From positions 798,846 through 862,845 of the forward strand of contig JAKMXF010000099.1 in assembly GCA_024704765.1 (NCBI GenBank): 64,000 bases of DNA. The letters are read 5' to 3'. The notes under the pieces were generated by a model. The model was not told the origin of the DNA, did not search any database, and saw nothing but the letters and a program-made list of their open reading frames with translations. Shown here one piece after another: positions 50,547 to 63,835 of the stretch. The stretch comes from Oopsacas minuta (lineage: Eukaryota > Animalia > Porifera). Numbering within the stretch: the first letter of the stretch is position 1; every line of letters begins with the position of its first letter. A program made the translations under genes and the position numbers.

Positions 50547-50683
50547 TAAAGCCCACTATACACAATGCAACTATGTTGTACCATGTATTATAGGATGGTA
50601 TACACAAAATTTTGCATCGTGTGTATTGATCGTTGCATGCAAAAATGTTGCACATAAATATTGTTGCATGTGTAGGGGGCTTA
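50547..50683. mobile_element. Small PIF/Harbinger-like MITE
   Basis: TAAAGCCCACTATACACAATGCAAC ... GTTGCATGTGTAGGGGGCTTA with TAA/TTA ends and repeated TGCAAC/GTTGCA. Confidence 0.45.
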
Positions 50684-51026
50684 AAACAAAGCTTTCAATG
50701 AAATTTTAGAAATTTATCAAATCATACTATAACACAGGACACCTTTTACACTTGCATGAAACTTCTATTGCAACCGATTTGCATAGATGTGTATAAGAGA
50801 CAGGAAACTTTATTTCATGGTATGCATATTTTTTGGTTGTTTGTCTGGAATTGATTGAGGAACTTGTAAGAACTAATGACTTTATTTTGCATGGGGTTGT
50901 GGGATACTATATCTAGCAACTTTGGGGATAACTAATGCAAGAGTTTCTTTGTGAATCAATTCAAATTGTATTAGCAAAATAAAGTATTGGGTTCACTGAC
51001 TAAGGCCGAAAATTCTAGCAAAATTC

Positions 51027-51250
51027 CCATATTAAGGAAACTGGAATAAGGACGAAAATTATTCATTACTCCAGTAACAAGCAGCCTTATAACAAAGTCC
51101 GTTAAAGCCTCTGCGTCTTACAGTTCAGGGGCTGCTTGCTACTGGACCCCCTGAACTGTAGGACAAGGAGGCTTTCACGTACTTGGTTATACAGCTGTTT
51201 GCTATTAGAGTAAGAATAATTTTCGGACTTAGTCATGTTTCAAAATATAG
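51027..51250. repeat. Long imperfect palindrome (about 105-bp arms, 15-nt loop)
   Basis: ..AAAGCCTC..GTCTTACAGTTCAGGGG / CCCCTGAACTGTAGGAC..GAGGCTTT..; pairing extends out to CGAAAATTATTC / GAATAATTTTCG. Confidence 0.8.
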
Positions 51251-51757
51251 AGTAATACAAAAGGTTAAATTCAATATTATAATCTATAGGAAAGACAAAG
51301 AACCTATATGAATGAGTAAATATACCCTTCAGTGAATTATAATAAATAAGAATGAACCGCTTTCAGCATATTCTAAGTATTCCTTTACAAGTTAGAGATG
51401 GTTATCTGCCATGCGTGTTGGAACAAACTCATAACATCATAAAACGAATGAATTATAATGGGTTGTTGATGAATTATATTGTTCATCATACGAATTATTT
51501 GCATTTGTATAGTTTTTAACATTTTTAAATGGATGTTTATACTTTTTCTTGCATGTTAATGTAGTATGACTTTTTCATGGTTGAAAAAGTAACAATTGAT
51601 TTTTCTATCTGAGTGATAAAAAGCAAATCAATAGTGTGGATCATCTCCAAGTAGACAGATCTAAGCAATCTCTATAAATATTAACAATATATTTCGATAT
51701 CAGAAATACAACTGCATATCATTTCAAACTTATTTTTTCTCGATTGTCGCAATTTTC

Positions 51758-52697
51758 ATGGCTACTCCCGTATTTAGACCTGTAATAATGACTACATCTT
51801 TTCCGTTCGTTGATGAGATTGGATTGAAGGAATTATTCTTAAGGATTACCATCAATCGTGACAATTGTATCGATTGGTTGAGGGTTCACGGATTATTAGC
51901 AAGAGGTATGAGATGTAAATGCGGGCAAACATGTCGGAAGGCGTATTTTCTAAGGTGCACGAAGGGAGAGGTTGGAGATGTCCTGAAAATGGTTGCAAGA
52001 AATTTGCATCCCTACGAGTAGGATCATTCTTTGAGGGATCCAATATTCCTCTTACTCAGTTGGTGGAATTTTTGTATTTTTGGGCAGAAGGAGTACAAAG
52101 TACACATTTCTTAACCCTAAATCCTAAGTGGTCTCCAAACACCATCACGGATTGGAAAAATTTCTTTAGGGATATCTGTGTGAAGAAGTACCTCTCTAAT
52201 CCCGAACCAATCGGAGGGCATGGGCACATCGTTGAGATCAATGAAAGCAAATTTGGGAAAAGAAAGTACCATCGAGGAAGGCAACTATCAGGAAATGGGT
52301 GTTTGGTGGGATTGATAGAGTGACCAAAGAAGCTTTCATGGTCACAGTTGAAGATAGATCAGCTTCTACTTTGATTCCCATTATAGAACAATATATCAAA
52401 CCGGGTACTATTATTCTATGCGATGAATGGGCTTCATACAATCTTATTCCACCAGCTACGTTTACCCATTTGACTGTTAATCACAGTATCCAGTTTGTGG
52501 TCCCTGGGACAGAGATTCATACATAAACAATAGAAAGCACTTGGGGTCAAGCCAAGAAAAAGATGAGAAATTCCATGACCACCAATCCCGAGCTCCTGGG
52601 TACATACCTCGCTGAATATTGCTGGAGAAAGAAATATGGTGACAATCCATTTCACAACTTGATAATAGAAATACGAAACCAATATACTGTTACTTAG
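51758..52697 (+). pseudogene. Second Merlin (IS1595-like) transposase remnant
   Basis: C.C zinc ribbon, GWRCPENGC, VEINESKFGKRKYHRG, VFGGIDR, ILCDEWASY, TVNH, IESTW. Several frameshifts; related to 38650-39385. Confidence 0.88.
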
Positions 52698-53025
52698 ATA
52701 CAATCTCTTGCATGCTAATTACTAGTTTTCATAGTTGCTAGATATTTACATGAGAATCAAAATAATTATAGTTGTTCAAACATTGGAACCAGCCATGGGC
52801 TCAAACCATTTAAAAGTAGTTTATTTGACAATATTTTACACAGTTACTATTTGATATTGTTCCAAATTTGTTCCGTCGATAGCGAGTAGAATGGCATTGT
52901 TTGCTGTATATCACACAATAGAGATCCTTTTGTTGGTAAAATGACAGGCGAAAATCCGTTTGAAATTTGCATAGATTTGTTGGTAAAATGCAGCATTCCC
53001 AAATATACTCAATTAAATACTGTTA

Positions 53026-53767
53026 CAGTGGAAGCCGCTTAATCGGGACAGCTCGGGAGTCAATGTTTTGTCCCCATTAACCGATTATGATTATTTAATT
53101 ATTTAAAACTAGGTTTTCATTGTCACATAACCAGATATATCTTATTTCTATACCGCTAAGCCTGATTTATCTAGGTCTAGTAGAGATTTGGTTGTAGTAT
53201 GGGTATAGTTCCGCTTCAAGAGGTCATAGAATGCGTTACGATATATACTTAAAAAGTAAGAAAATACAGTTTAAATAATTATGCATGTGCTTATTACTGT
53301 AACCCATGCAAAACGTTTGGATATCCAACAGTGTGGTCAGTATTGATGGAATTATACATGGTGAAATAGCAAATGGAACCTGAGGCGACTGAGCAATGTT
53401 AATAATCTTAGCTTAGTATATGGTAATCGCATCGGTGTTGTATTGTTATAGTTGTAGAGAATATTCAAATTCCTAGTTTTAAAACAAACCATTTTACAAT
53501 GATTCTGAATAAATATACAATCGTTAAATTGGGATAAAAATCCCAATTAAGCGAATACAATTCATATCCGGTTAATCGGGATAAGAAATCCTAATAACTG
53601 ATTATGAACTTTCGAAATATTCGGGTAATCGGGATAAAAAATTCCGATTAACCGATTCAATGTCCCAATTATCCGACCATTATTCTATGTAAAATCTCTT
53701 CCCAAACCATTGTTCTGTTTAAGCGGATATCCCGATTATCCGAGTCCCGATTAAGTGGCTTCCACTG
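53026..53767. mobile_element. pogo/Tigger-like MITE
   Basis: TA+CAGTGGAAGCCGCTTAATCGGGAC ... GTCCCGATTAAGTGGCTTCCACTG+TA; internal AATCGGGATAA repeats. Confidence 0.9.
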
Positions 53768-53789
53768 TATTCCATTCTATAGTTATAAC

Positions 53790-54080
53790 TATTGAATAAT
53801 ATGAAAATATTGCAGATTGTATGTTTACTAAATATGTTTATTTACTTGGAGATTTAAGAGGATGATTAATAGGTAACACAAATTACTTAGACATTGGAAT
53901 GCTAATTAGGTATGTTGTAGTATTGTATACACACTACTATGCTATTTGCAACACTATTATTGTAATATATTTGGCTTCAATGAAGTTGCAATTTTCCCCA
54001 TAGACTTTGGCTTATAAGCTAGAATTGCTGTAACTTTTTTGTTTCCTGACAGATTTTAGAAATCTCTAGCTCAATCTTCA
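53790..54080 (-). repeat. Inverted copy of 50139-50420 (Charlie transposase end plus 3' flank)
   Basis: Long colinear reverse-complement match including TGAAGATTGAGCTAGAGATTTC and ATTTAGTAAACATACAATCTGCAAT. Confidence 0.85.
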
Positions 54081-56559
54081 TCTCTCAACATGCTCTATAA
54101 CGGCTCATATAGCGATTTTTATCATCTTGCAAAATGTTGGGGGTGTAACATTCTATAAATGTACCCGGAAATGTTGTAATTATAGTCAGTCATTAATCTG
54201 TAAACCCCTAAGGGTTTTTCAAGAATCGTTTTGTAGAAATCCTGCCTAAACGTAAGTATCACTGCTTGTTAAATGGTTAATGATTCTTGGTATAACTAGA
54301 CAAGTGCGAATTAAGCTGGTAAATATTTTGTGAACTAAGTTTTCCAGCTCTACCACTACAACTATAGCTCTTCCAATCCTGAAGCCAAGATGCAAAATTT
54401 GAAAAGAACAAAACGATCATCTTCAAGCTAGAAAACTTTGAATCAGGGTCGCGTAGTCATATATCTTTCCCTTGACTATGAATGTTACACATCTTCCAAA
54501 ATCTTGTGATGAGAGAAATAAATTTAAGTTGATTGAGCCTTTTTCCGGATACCGATGTCTCGCTACTTATTTGATTGGGCAATTTTAATTATTATTTTTA
54601 ATTAAATTATTCCCCTTAAATTTTATGAAATCTGTCCTTATAGCATCCCAGTTGTTGTTCAGATTACTGTAAAGCCGTTCAAAGTATTTCCTCTATATTC
54701 ATTGAGTCGTGACCTTCTTTAAAAAGGCCTATTCACAACTTTATAATTTTGGACCATGAATGAGACCGAAGTCCATGATTCTATAATTAGTTAACTCTAA
54801 ATTAATCTTATCAGATGGTCACTACACCACTTATAATACTTCTCGTTTAGCACAAGTAAAATAAAGCTAAAAGTAAACTAACAACTTGGAATAACACAAA
54901 TAAGAATATGTATTAATATAATCCTAGTAACTAGTTAGACTTCAATTTCTTTAACTTGCGAAAATTATCAGTGCTTTTAGTGCGTTCATATTATTTGTTT
55001 AATTCGACAGGATACAATTAGAAGTAACTGTATCCAATTTCCGAAATATCTTCCAACCAATAACTCCACAACCTGGACATGTATATCTCCATGTTTCGCT
55101 CTGCTGTAGTTCAACCTGAATAACAGTCAATTCTACAAGTATTGGAAGAGATGGTCCACTGATAAAGTCATTCCATAATTCACTACTGTTCTCTATCTTC
55201 CTGATGGTTGACCATACAGTCAGAATCGCATCAGTTACTTTATTTGAAGACCATTTCAGTGATCCACGGTCTATGATTTGCACAAGCTTATACCTCGAAT
55301 CAGGAGGTTCTTCAACTTGCGATTCCTTTTCTTCTGTAAAAAGAGACGACACTCACTGAAGTTTTAAGACTTTAAGAGGTATTTATGAACAGCGTATCCA
55401 GCTATGAATACAATAGACTGTAGAGTATTAAATCTGTATCAATATCATCACTTGTAGTCAGCTGTGTTAGATAAGATTCCAAGTTAAGAGAAGTATCTAA
55501 GTGATAATTAACAGAAGAAAACGAATCCAAGAATTCTTTAAAATTATATGACGTAAACTTGTGAAAGTCTGTGTGGTTAATTTGCCGGATTTCTCAGGAA
55601 AAGTTTTCTATTGATCAAGCCAGTCTACAATTCTCCTGAGGTATTGTAATCTAGAATCGTTGTTGACTAATGGATAAGACAGTTCATCCTTTAACCGAAT
55701 CCTTTTATTCGGAGTGTTGATATTGAAAATTTTCCAAATGTTTGAAATTATAGTAATAAAATCAACAGTATTGGTCTTAAATTTGACCCGTGAATTATCC
55801 TGAATAGTTAATGCAGCAACAGTTGATTCATTAAATTCTCGATGAGCTAAACTAACACTGACGTTCTAGAGTGGATGACGAGCATGATTTTACAGTGAGA
55901 CGATGAGTTTAGCTACAGAGTTTTGCTCACTGCGATATATGAGACGAATGTCTTCAAAGAGGGCCCTCCTAACCTGGCTAAAGTCCTCAAAGTTAGGGTA
56001 GAAAAGTACGATTGAAATTATGCTGAGTCATCCAATTATTGCGGATGCTCTTTAGTATGTGTACAAAATCGAAAAGTAACACTACGAGGTGAACGCATGT
56101 GGAATGACAGTCTCTGATATGCTAATTGGCGAAAATAGCTTGAATAGAGACACATTTATGGAGAATTATCCGTGCAAATGGCCTCAACCATTAAATTGCA
56201 ATTCTCGATATCATTGATAACTGATTTGATTGTTGGATACAGTTCTTTCGCTGATCATCTGGAACAAGGAATTAGTCGAACTATAGTTGACCATTTCTTG
56301 CAGAGACTTGAAACCATTATCTCGAAAACAGTTTTTGCAGAATAATCTGGTTGCATAGATGCCCCGATTATCTTACCACCTTTATAAGTATACTCAGACT
56401 TTACATGAACCTCATCCATCTGCATAATTACACACCGTTCCATAAAATTGAAGTCTATGATTGATTGTTGAAGAAAGCATGTAAATTCACTGTCTAAACC
56501 AATGTTAGAGTATAATCGTTGAAGAGTTTAGTGATAAGGTAAAGAAATACAGTCCAGAG

Positions 56560-58797
56560 CAGGGTTGGGTTTTGGACGGACAGTAGGAAAAAACCTGTTT
56601 TTACCGGCCAAAACTGGTCAAAACCGGGCAATACTGGTCAATTCTATACCCTTCAATATTAAGAATACATATATAACTTGTTGATATCTTATTTTGATTT
56701 GGTAATATACTATTGACACTGGCTTACAATGAAACTGTAAAGTGATCATAAAATGTGTGGTTTCAACCAATTAATATACAAGTAAAGTATTCGTACATAT
56801 ATATTTTCTAAACGGCTATAATTATCCAAAGTATTTGTGATATTATAGAAATTGAATACTATCGTGCAGATTGTATATGTACTTACTCAAATTGACCAGT
56901 TTGAAATGGCACAAGGAGGAAGGCCCATTGTTTCAGTATGGAAAATTTTCATCAAAGTTGAAGATGGTGGAAAAATACGAGCGAAGTGTGTAAAATGTAG
57001 TGCTATGATCAGCGCAAAGGCTGGGAGGCTTAGAACTCATCTTGAAAAATGCTCTCAAAGCGAACTCCAAAATAAATTTCGTAAAGACGACCTTCCTGAA
57101 ATATTAGTACCTTTTAACAGTAGTGGCTCACTATACCACCAGAAAAACGTGTATATCATAAGATCATTCAATCCAAGTTGAATGATTTCACAATAAAGAC
57201 CAGCTCTCACCAGAAAGAAATTCTCGACAATCAAATTGCTCGCTTATTTTATGCTTGTAATCTTCCGTTAAACCTCGCTGAGAATGACGTATTCAAAAAG
57301 GCAATTTTTATGCTTAGACTTGGTTATACACCTCCTACGAGGAAAAGTCTAGCTGGAGGTCTTCTTGACAAGATATTTAATGAAGTAACCACCATGACTG
57401 CTTCAGCTCTGGAAGGCAGGGATGTTTCTCTAGTACAGGATGGATGGAGTGACATACACAACTCCCCTGTAATTTCCCATTGTGTACATTCAGGAGAAAT
57501 ATCTTATTTTCTGATTTCTGTTGACGCTGGATCAAACAAGAAAATTGCTACTTATTGTACTTCTTTAGCTATCGAAGCGTCCAAAGAAGTAACTGATAAA
57601 TTTGGGTGTAAAGTTGTTGCTGTCGTTATTGACAATGAACAAAAAATGCAGTAAATGCGCTTAAAGTTGAAATTGCTTGACAGCTCACTTTCATTATACG
57701 GCTGTGCATCGCATTTATTGAACCTGTTGGGGAAGGATATCACCCCTTCGCAAATTATTTCTCATATTATAGAGATAATTAAATATTTTCGCAACCATCA
57801 CAATCCTGGAGCCCTCCTATCTACAAAAGGGATCCCTTAAGCCTCAATTACCAGTCGTGACACGATGGAATAGTCAATTGGAGGGTATCAAGACATGCCT
57901 GACAAATAGGCCTTTCCTTTTGAACATTCTGGCACAATATGAAGATGTTATCGACTTGTCTATTGTAAATCTAGCCAACAACGTTGGCCTTTATCGTGAG
58001 GCTAAAAATCTTTATGACCAACTCAAACCGATTGCAACATCATTGGACAAGTTACAAGGGGAAAAGTCTAACGTTCCAGATTCTTGCGAAGAGTGGAAGA
58101 AATTTTTTCCAGTTAAACGAGCTAAAAAGTCACCTAGGCAAAATTCAGAAACGATTCAAACAAGCAACCACAACTACTCACTTCCTAGCCAACATGATCA
58201 ATCCGAAGTACATGGGGCAGAGGCTTTCATGTGAACAACAGGAAGAAGCGAGGGATTTGCTTATTCAACTAAATGCTTCTCTTTTTTGCCGCAACTTTAT
58301 CAGTTTCAGGCAAAAGAAACACCATTTCCCGCATCTATATTTGAATGTACAGATGTATTAGATCCAGTAACTTGGTGGAAGGCCATTAAAAAATCGAAAA
58401 ACTTAGTAGCTCATGAGCTTTGTGGTATAGCTATCAATATATTAATCCTACCGTCAAGTTCCGCAAGTATTGAAAGGATTTTCTTGAATTTTGGTTTAAT
58501 TCAAACCGAACTACAGACAGATTGAGAATCGATAAAGCGAGCAAATTAGTAGCTTGTTACAGAGAATTGAGAGGATGTCAAGAATAAGAGTGGTAACGAA
58601 TATAGGTTAATTAAACATCAATGTATTGTCATATTTTTCTTACTATCAACAAGTATTTATTCAGCATATTAAATATACAAGTAACATGCATTAGCATTAC
58701 AATTAGATTTTGACCAGTTTTATCCAGTCAGGAGGTTTTGGACAGGACGGTTTTTACCACTATGGTTTTACCACATGAACAAAACCTGCCAATCCTG
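56560..58797 (+). mobile_element. Near full-length hAT transposon (BED finger, DUF659-like), defective
   Basis: Perfect 8-bp TSD GTCCAGAG; imperfect TIR CAGG(G/A)TTGG..GTTTTG. BED finger VWKIF..C..C..H..C, QDGWSD, VIDNE, GCASHLLNLL, TRWNS, LPSSSASIERIF. Stops and frameshifts. Confidence 0.93.
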
Positions 58798-59878
58798 GTC
58801 CAGAGATTGAAGATATCGGTCGCATGCTGGCGAAATTAACTAACATATAAGTGCCAACACAAGATTGATAAGATTGTACCTTCGGTGGAGGTTTTCTAAT
58901 TGGTTGGTGGTGAATTGTGGATGAGGTAAAATATTCCTTTGCATTTGATCGGTCGATTCACTGACTGCAGGTATAGAAGTGCTGTCGAGGTTATTCCCTT
59001 CTTAGAGGTTACTGAGTGCGATACGTAGCTGATTAGTGGCATTAGAAATTAACTGTTGTTGTGTTAAGCTATCAGATACTTCCACAATACTTTCAAGTGT
59101 CTCTAGCAGATCTTCAATTTGTCTGACATCAGATATAGTATTTAGATTTTAGAGGCAATATAACTTGTTTATTGTGCGCAAAGGCACTGACTACTTAAGA
59201 TTCATTGATGGAGAGAGAATATTCTATAGTTGGTACCGAATCCAATATTCTGAGCTTGATGAAATATATGGACACACTAGAATGCCACAAAATCCTATCC
59301 TTAGGCAGTCTTGCAGGATTTATTTTATCTTGCAAGTCTTATATATGTTAGAAATAGCAATCTGGAGAAAGATAATGCGAAGTACATAATAGCAAAGTAA
59401 TCGAACAATCATGCTTAGAATCGAAAAAATTGTTATTATTATTTGCATTAATATCAAGCGATAAATAAACATTATGGTTTAATATGATCAATAGATTTAA
59501 TCAACCCATAATAATTAAAAGAAAAGGTTTATATAGTTTGCCATGTCTATTATTTATGGGTCAACAGTAAAACGGACTTCGGTCTCATCCATGATTCAAA
59601 TTATAAAGTTGTTAATAGGGCTTTTATAACGAAGGTCACGATTGAGTATATTTTCAGAAGTTACGTCAATCTAATAATTCGAAACAACTGATAATGTTTA
59701 TACACTAATTCGAATGTAAACTTCAAGTAATCAGCATCAAGTTCTGGTATCTGTAAACATCGAAGTCAATATGCTTCAAATTTCAATAAATATGATAGCT
59801 CACTTCAAGTGTTCAGAACAGTGTTTCTTAAACAAATTATTTATCTATTTTATTGTATTATTTGATTCTTTTATTCGC

Positions 59879-60160
59879 TATGGCAGAGCCTCCTGATCAA
59901 CCGTTCAGCTTGATCAGGACGAACAGAGGAGGCAACAAGATGATGGAGGGAGGAGGATTAGGGATGTGGTGCATTGGCAGTACGAAGAGAGGGGAACTTG
60001 GAAGGCAAGAATTCACACAAAAAATACAGAGATAGTAAAGCGCTCGAGCGAACATACTCATGCGCCTGACGAGCAGGCTGTGAACTGCTGCGTGACAAAG
60101 GTGGGCATCAAGAGGAAAGCGCGGGAGTATATTACAAGAAAATATTGCGGTCGTTTGTAA
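59879..60160 (+). pseudogene. FLYWCH zinc-finger 5' fragment of a MULE transposase
   Basis: MAEPPDQPFSLIRTNRGG..VHWQYEERGTWKARIHT..EHTHAPD..KVGIKRKARE; truncated. Confidence 0.7.
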
Positions 60161-61990
60161 TTAGGAAAATACCTAAGTTGTTTAATACGTCTTTCAATGA
60201 AGATGTATTACGTCTAATACTTATTTTACGTTCAATCTACAATTTTTAGTGACGTAAATTCTATTAGAGTGATTTCTGCAATAAATATTTTGCATCATAA
60301 CAGTGAGTCTCGAATTGTTAATGAGAAATCTCAACATAGTTGACCAAATTATATAATACTTGTTAATAATGTGACTTATGCCAGTCTCACAATGTCAAAA
60401 TCTTACATTTCGAGGTTAACCTATACGTATAATAAGTTAAAATTGATAAGGTATAACGTATTATACGTTATACGCGTATTATACAACTTAGGAAAATATA
60501 GTAAAATGCTCTAAGATAGATTAAAGTTATTCATGATTCCTAAAAACATTTCATCGTGAACAGCATATTACTGCTCATGATGAAATATTTTAGGAAACTA
60601 AAATAATTTCATCTTAGTCAGAGCATTTTACTTATCTGGGAAACTATACAAGTTTGACCTTTGAATTTCACAGTTTATACATTCAAATTCCTGTATTATA
60701 TCGAATCCTTATTGTTTCAAGAACAATTTAGGAGTAGTACTTAATTCTAATTACAATTGATGTTGAAATCGAGTACTTTATTTATTTTTCAATCCGTCAA
60801 CTACTTTAAAAATTAATTTAAAATAATAATTAAAATTGACCAATCAAATAAGTAGCGAGGTGTCGTGTAGCGAGATGTCGGACTTCCAAGATTTTCATGC
60901 TCTGGGAATCTTCTTCACAAGATCTAAATTTTTCTATGTAGATCTAACTGTATGGATAGCAGTATTGCTATAAATCTCAACATTATCTTGTTCATGTGTG
61001 TCAAGCTTTTGAGCTAACAGATAAATTTGAAGAATATCAGAAAGGCGAGTGATTATGGATGGAACTCAACTTCATTTACTAAACACCTCACATGTAAAGC
61101 AACATCAATAAGGATCTGATGAGATATAGTCAATAGTGATCCAGATAGTACCTTCTTGAAAATATGCAATGTACCCTAAATTTAGCGAATATAGGTCCAT
61201 TTTTCAGTCAAGTAAATTGTCGTATACTTTAGCTGGATGTCATCAATATTAGAAACAGAAAAGCTATCGTTTTCTTTTTTATGTTCAGCACGACTCAACT
61301 CAAGAGCATGATGGATATGTCGGATATCAATTTCATTTCCGTCCAACAATCAGGTTGCTTACAAGATCCTTGTAAATAATTAGGGCAATTAGGTAGATTG
61401 ACTAACTTGGCATTTTCATAAGACCAGGCTTTCTTCAAACTTTCTCCACTGTACCATCACCCATTGGTATATCGAATTGAAGCAACACGTCATCATCATT
61501 GAAATGTTTCGAATAGATGAAAACTTTTGCCAATTCCCATGCATTATCTCTATGGAGAAATCTTCGCCATTCATCCTGCAATTCTTTTGACTAATGATTC
61601 GCCATTCCAAACACTTGAGTATAATTAATTCGTCATAAATGGAGAAGGAGTTGGCCGCACTACACCTATTAGGCATTTTGCTTAGGAGTAAGGAAATATC
61701 GTTAAATAATAATTGAACTCCTGAAAAGTGGGTCAGAGGATGTATAGCGAGTTGGTAATTGATACAGACAACATAGGTTATGTCGTAGCCTACAGTTGTG
61801 TGTATATCAATATAAACAAGTGAATAAATATTCACCTCCTATAAAAATTTCTATACCAAAATTATATAAATAAAATTGTATTCGAACATTATGAGTCAAT
61901 ATTATAATAGACTTGAAGTAATCAATGGTTATGAAAAAATGAGAGCCTGAATAGGCTATAGTTACGTAGGCTGTGTGTGTAGATTAAAAG

Positions 61991-62241
61991 TAGAGTTCGT
62001 CTATTAGCAATTGCCTTATTAGCAAGATTCGCTTGTTAGCAAGTTTTTTCAGTGCACGGAGCAAAGGTATAGGGATTTATGTGAAAAAAGTTCGCTTATT
62101 AGCAAGATTCGCTTATTAGCATGTTAGTTAGGGTCACAGGGCCCAAATTGCATTAATTATGTTCCCTTATTAGCAAGTTCGTCTATAAGCAAGTTTTCTC
62201 ATAGAAACAAGACTTGCTAATAACTTAATAAACGAACTCGT
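61991..62241. mobile_element. MITE with repeated CTTATTAGCAAG motifs
   Basis: Ends TAGAGTTCGTCTATTAGCAA / TAATAAACGAACTCGTA; about six internal TTATTAGCAAG(A)TTCGC copies. Confidence 0.55.
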
Positions 62242-62322
62242 AGTTCGTTTGCTATCTTCGAACTCTTTAGGATACTCACACAAGTGTACTACAATATCTT
62301 TATACGTAATATATTATCATCC

Positions 62323-63835
62323 GCCGTATTCACTAAGCATACTCAGTACTTAAGAACTAAGTATGTACTTAGTTAAGTACGTACTTAAGTCGTATTCACT
62401 AAGAGTTTAGTACGTACTTAAGTATGTACTTAACTATGTACATACTTAAGTATCACTTATATTCATGAATTTGTGAGTTTCTGATGGATTGCTTTACAGA
62501 ATTACTTTCAATCATTCAGGAATATATTTTCAAAACTTTTCATGTTTTATGCATGATCTCACGATAATATTGTGGTTTACGTTCATGAAATACTTCACAA
62601 ATAATGTTACAAGGAATTCCTCGAACGCTTATGATATAACATATCTGTTACTAAGGAATGCATTACTTTGTACGTAATGTTAAATAATATCATTCTGAAT
62701 TATACATTCCAAGTTACACTAATGAATGTTTTGCTAAATACAATTATGATCAAATATAATATATAAATATTCCAGTATTTTAATATAAACAAATGGCACA
62801 GATGATTCCACTATTTCTCGCAGAAGAAGAAACCTCTTCCTCAATGCACCTCAACGAGTTTTCAGGGATCTCAATGATCCCCTAGATTGTTATGATGATA
62901 TGGAACTTGTTCGACGTTTCCGTTTCTCTAGAGCTTCAATATCTAAAATTACAGAGTTGATAGCTAACTATTTGAATTTCACCGAGCGTTCTTGTGCTGC
63001 TTCCCCTCACTTGCAAGTTTGTGTGGCACTTCAATTTTTCGCTTCTGGAACGTTCCAGATAATTTGTGGAGATGGGATAAACGTAAGCCAAGCTTCTGCC
63101 TCTCGTTATATCCGAGATGTTTCTCTGGGTTTGCAAGCTATATACCATCAGTTTGTTAGTTTGCCTGCTGGTCTCAAGAGGGTAGAAGTCAAAACAAGTT
63201 TTATGAAATTGCTCACTTTCCAGGCGTACTAGGATTAGTTGACGGAACACACATACGAATCCAAAGACCCTCGGAAAATGAAGCAGATTAAATAAATCGG
63301 CATTTTTACCACTCCATTAATGTCCAAGCTATTTGCCGACCAGATGGAATGTTTAGTGATGTATTGGCATGTTTGCCTGGGTCTGTTCACGATTCACGGA
63401 TTTGGACGATTTCAGGTGTTGGGATGCATGTTGAAAATACCTTTTCAATAGGGGAGCATAATTAGGAGATAGCGGTTCCATGATGAGGCCATATTTACTC
63501 ACTCCTTATCGTCAACCAATATCTACTCCCCAATTTAACAACAACTATGCACATAAGAGGACAAGGGTTATTGTTGAACAGACATTCGGGCGATGGAAAC
63601 GAAGATTCCACTGTCTTCATGGAGAGCTCAGGATGAGTCCAGATAAGTTTGTTCCATCATAGTTGCTTGTACAGTATTGCAGAACATAGCAATAGAGTGG
63701 AAACAACCTCTCTTAGAGGATGAAGTCTCCGATGATTCCTATCCGGATGATGTTCTTGACTTTGAAGAAACTGTTATGCATTTGGCATCAAAGCATTACA
63801 GGGATCAAATTTCTATTCATAATTTCAGCAACTAA
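62323..63835 (+). mobile_element. PIF/Harbinger element with HARBI1-like transposase remnant (62793-63835)
   Basis: RFRFSR, VALQFFASG, GLVDGTHIRI, HSINVQAIC, GSVHDSRI, GDSG, LLTPY, RVIVEQTFGRWKRRF, IIVAC.VLQN. Frameshifts. Terminus-like GCCGTATTCACTAAG at 62323; the right end is probably outside the window. Confidence 0.9.

Larger units (their letters stand above)
54990..61676 (-). pseudogene. P-element/THAP9-like transposase remnant, split by nested insertions
   Basis: THAP domain from ATG 61676 (MPNRC..EW.RFLHR..VFI.SKHF..LPNCP). Core motifs SPACDRYLQSL/DCISLP, QMDEVHVK, LLFDFVHILKSIRNNW and IDRGSLKW. The frame continues across the hAT insertion at 56560-58797; a second interruption spans about 59350-61150. 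Confidence 0.82.

Noticed and set aside
54089-61975. P-element TIR pair (CATGCTCTATAAC versus inverse CACAGCCTACGTAAC)
   Set aside because: Similarity is weak and there is no matching TSD, so termini were left unresolved.
458-63250. Most short 60-140 aa ORFs in the supplied track
   Set aside because: They are antisense or off-frame shadows of the genes and transposase remnants above, or lack any recognisable motif or splice support.
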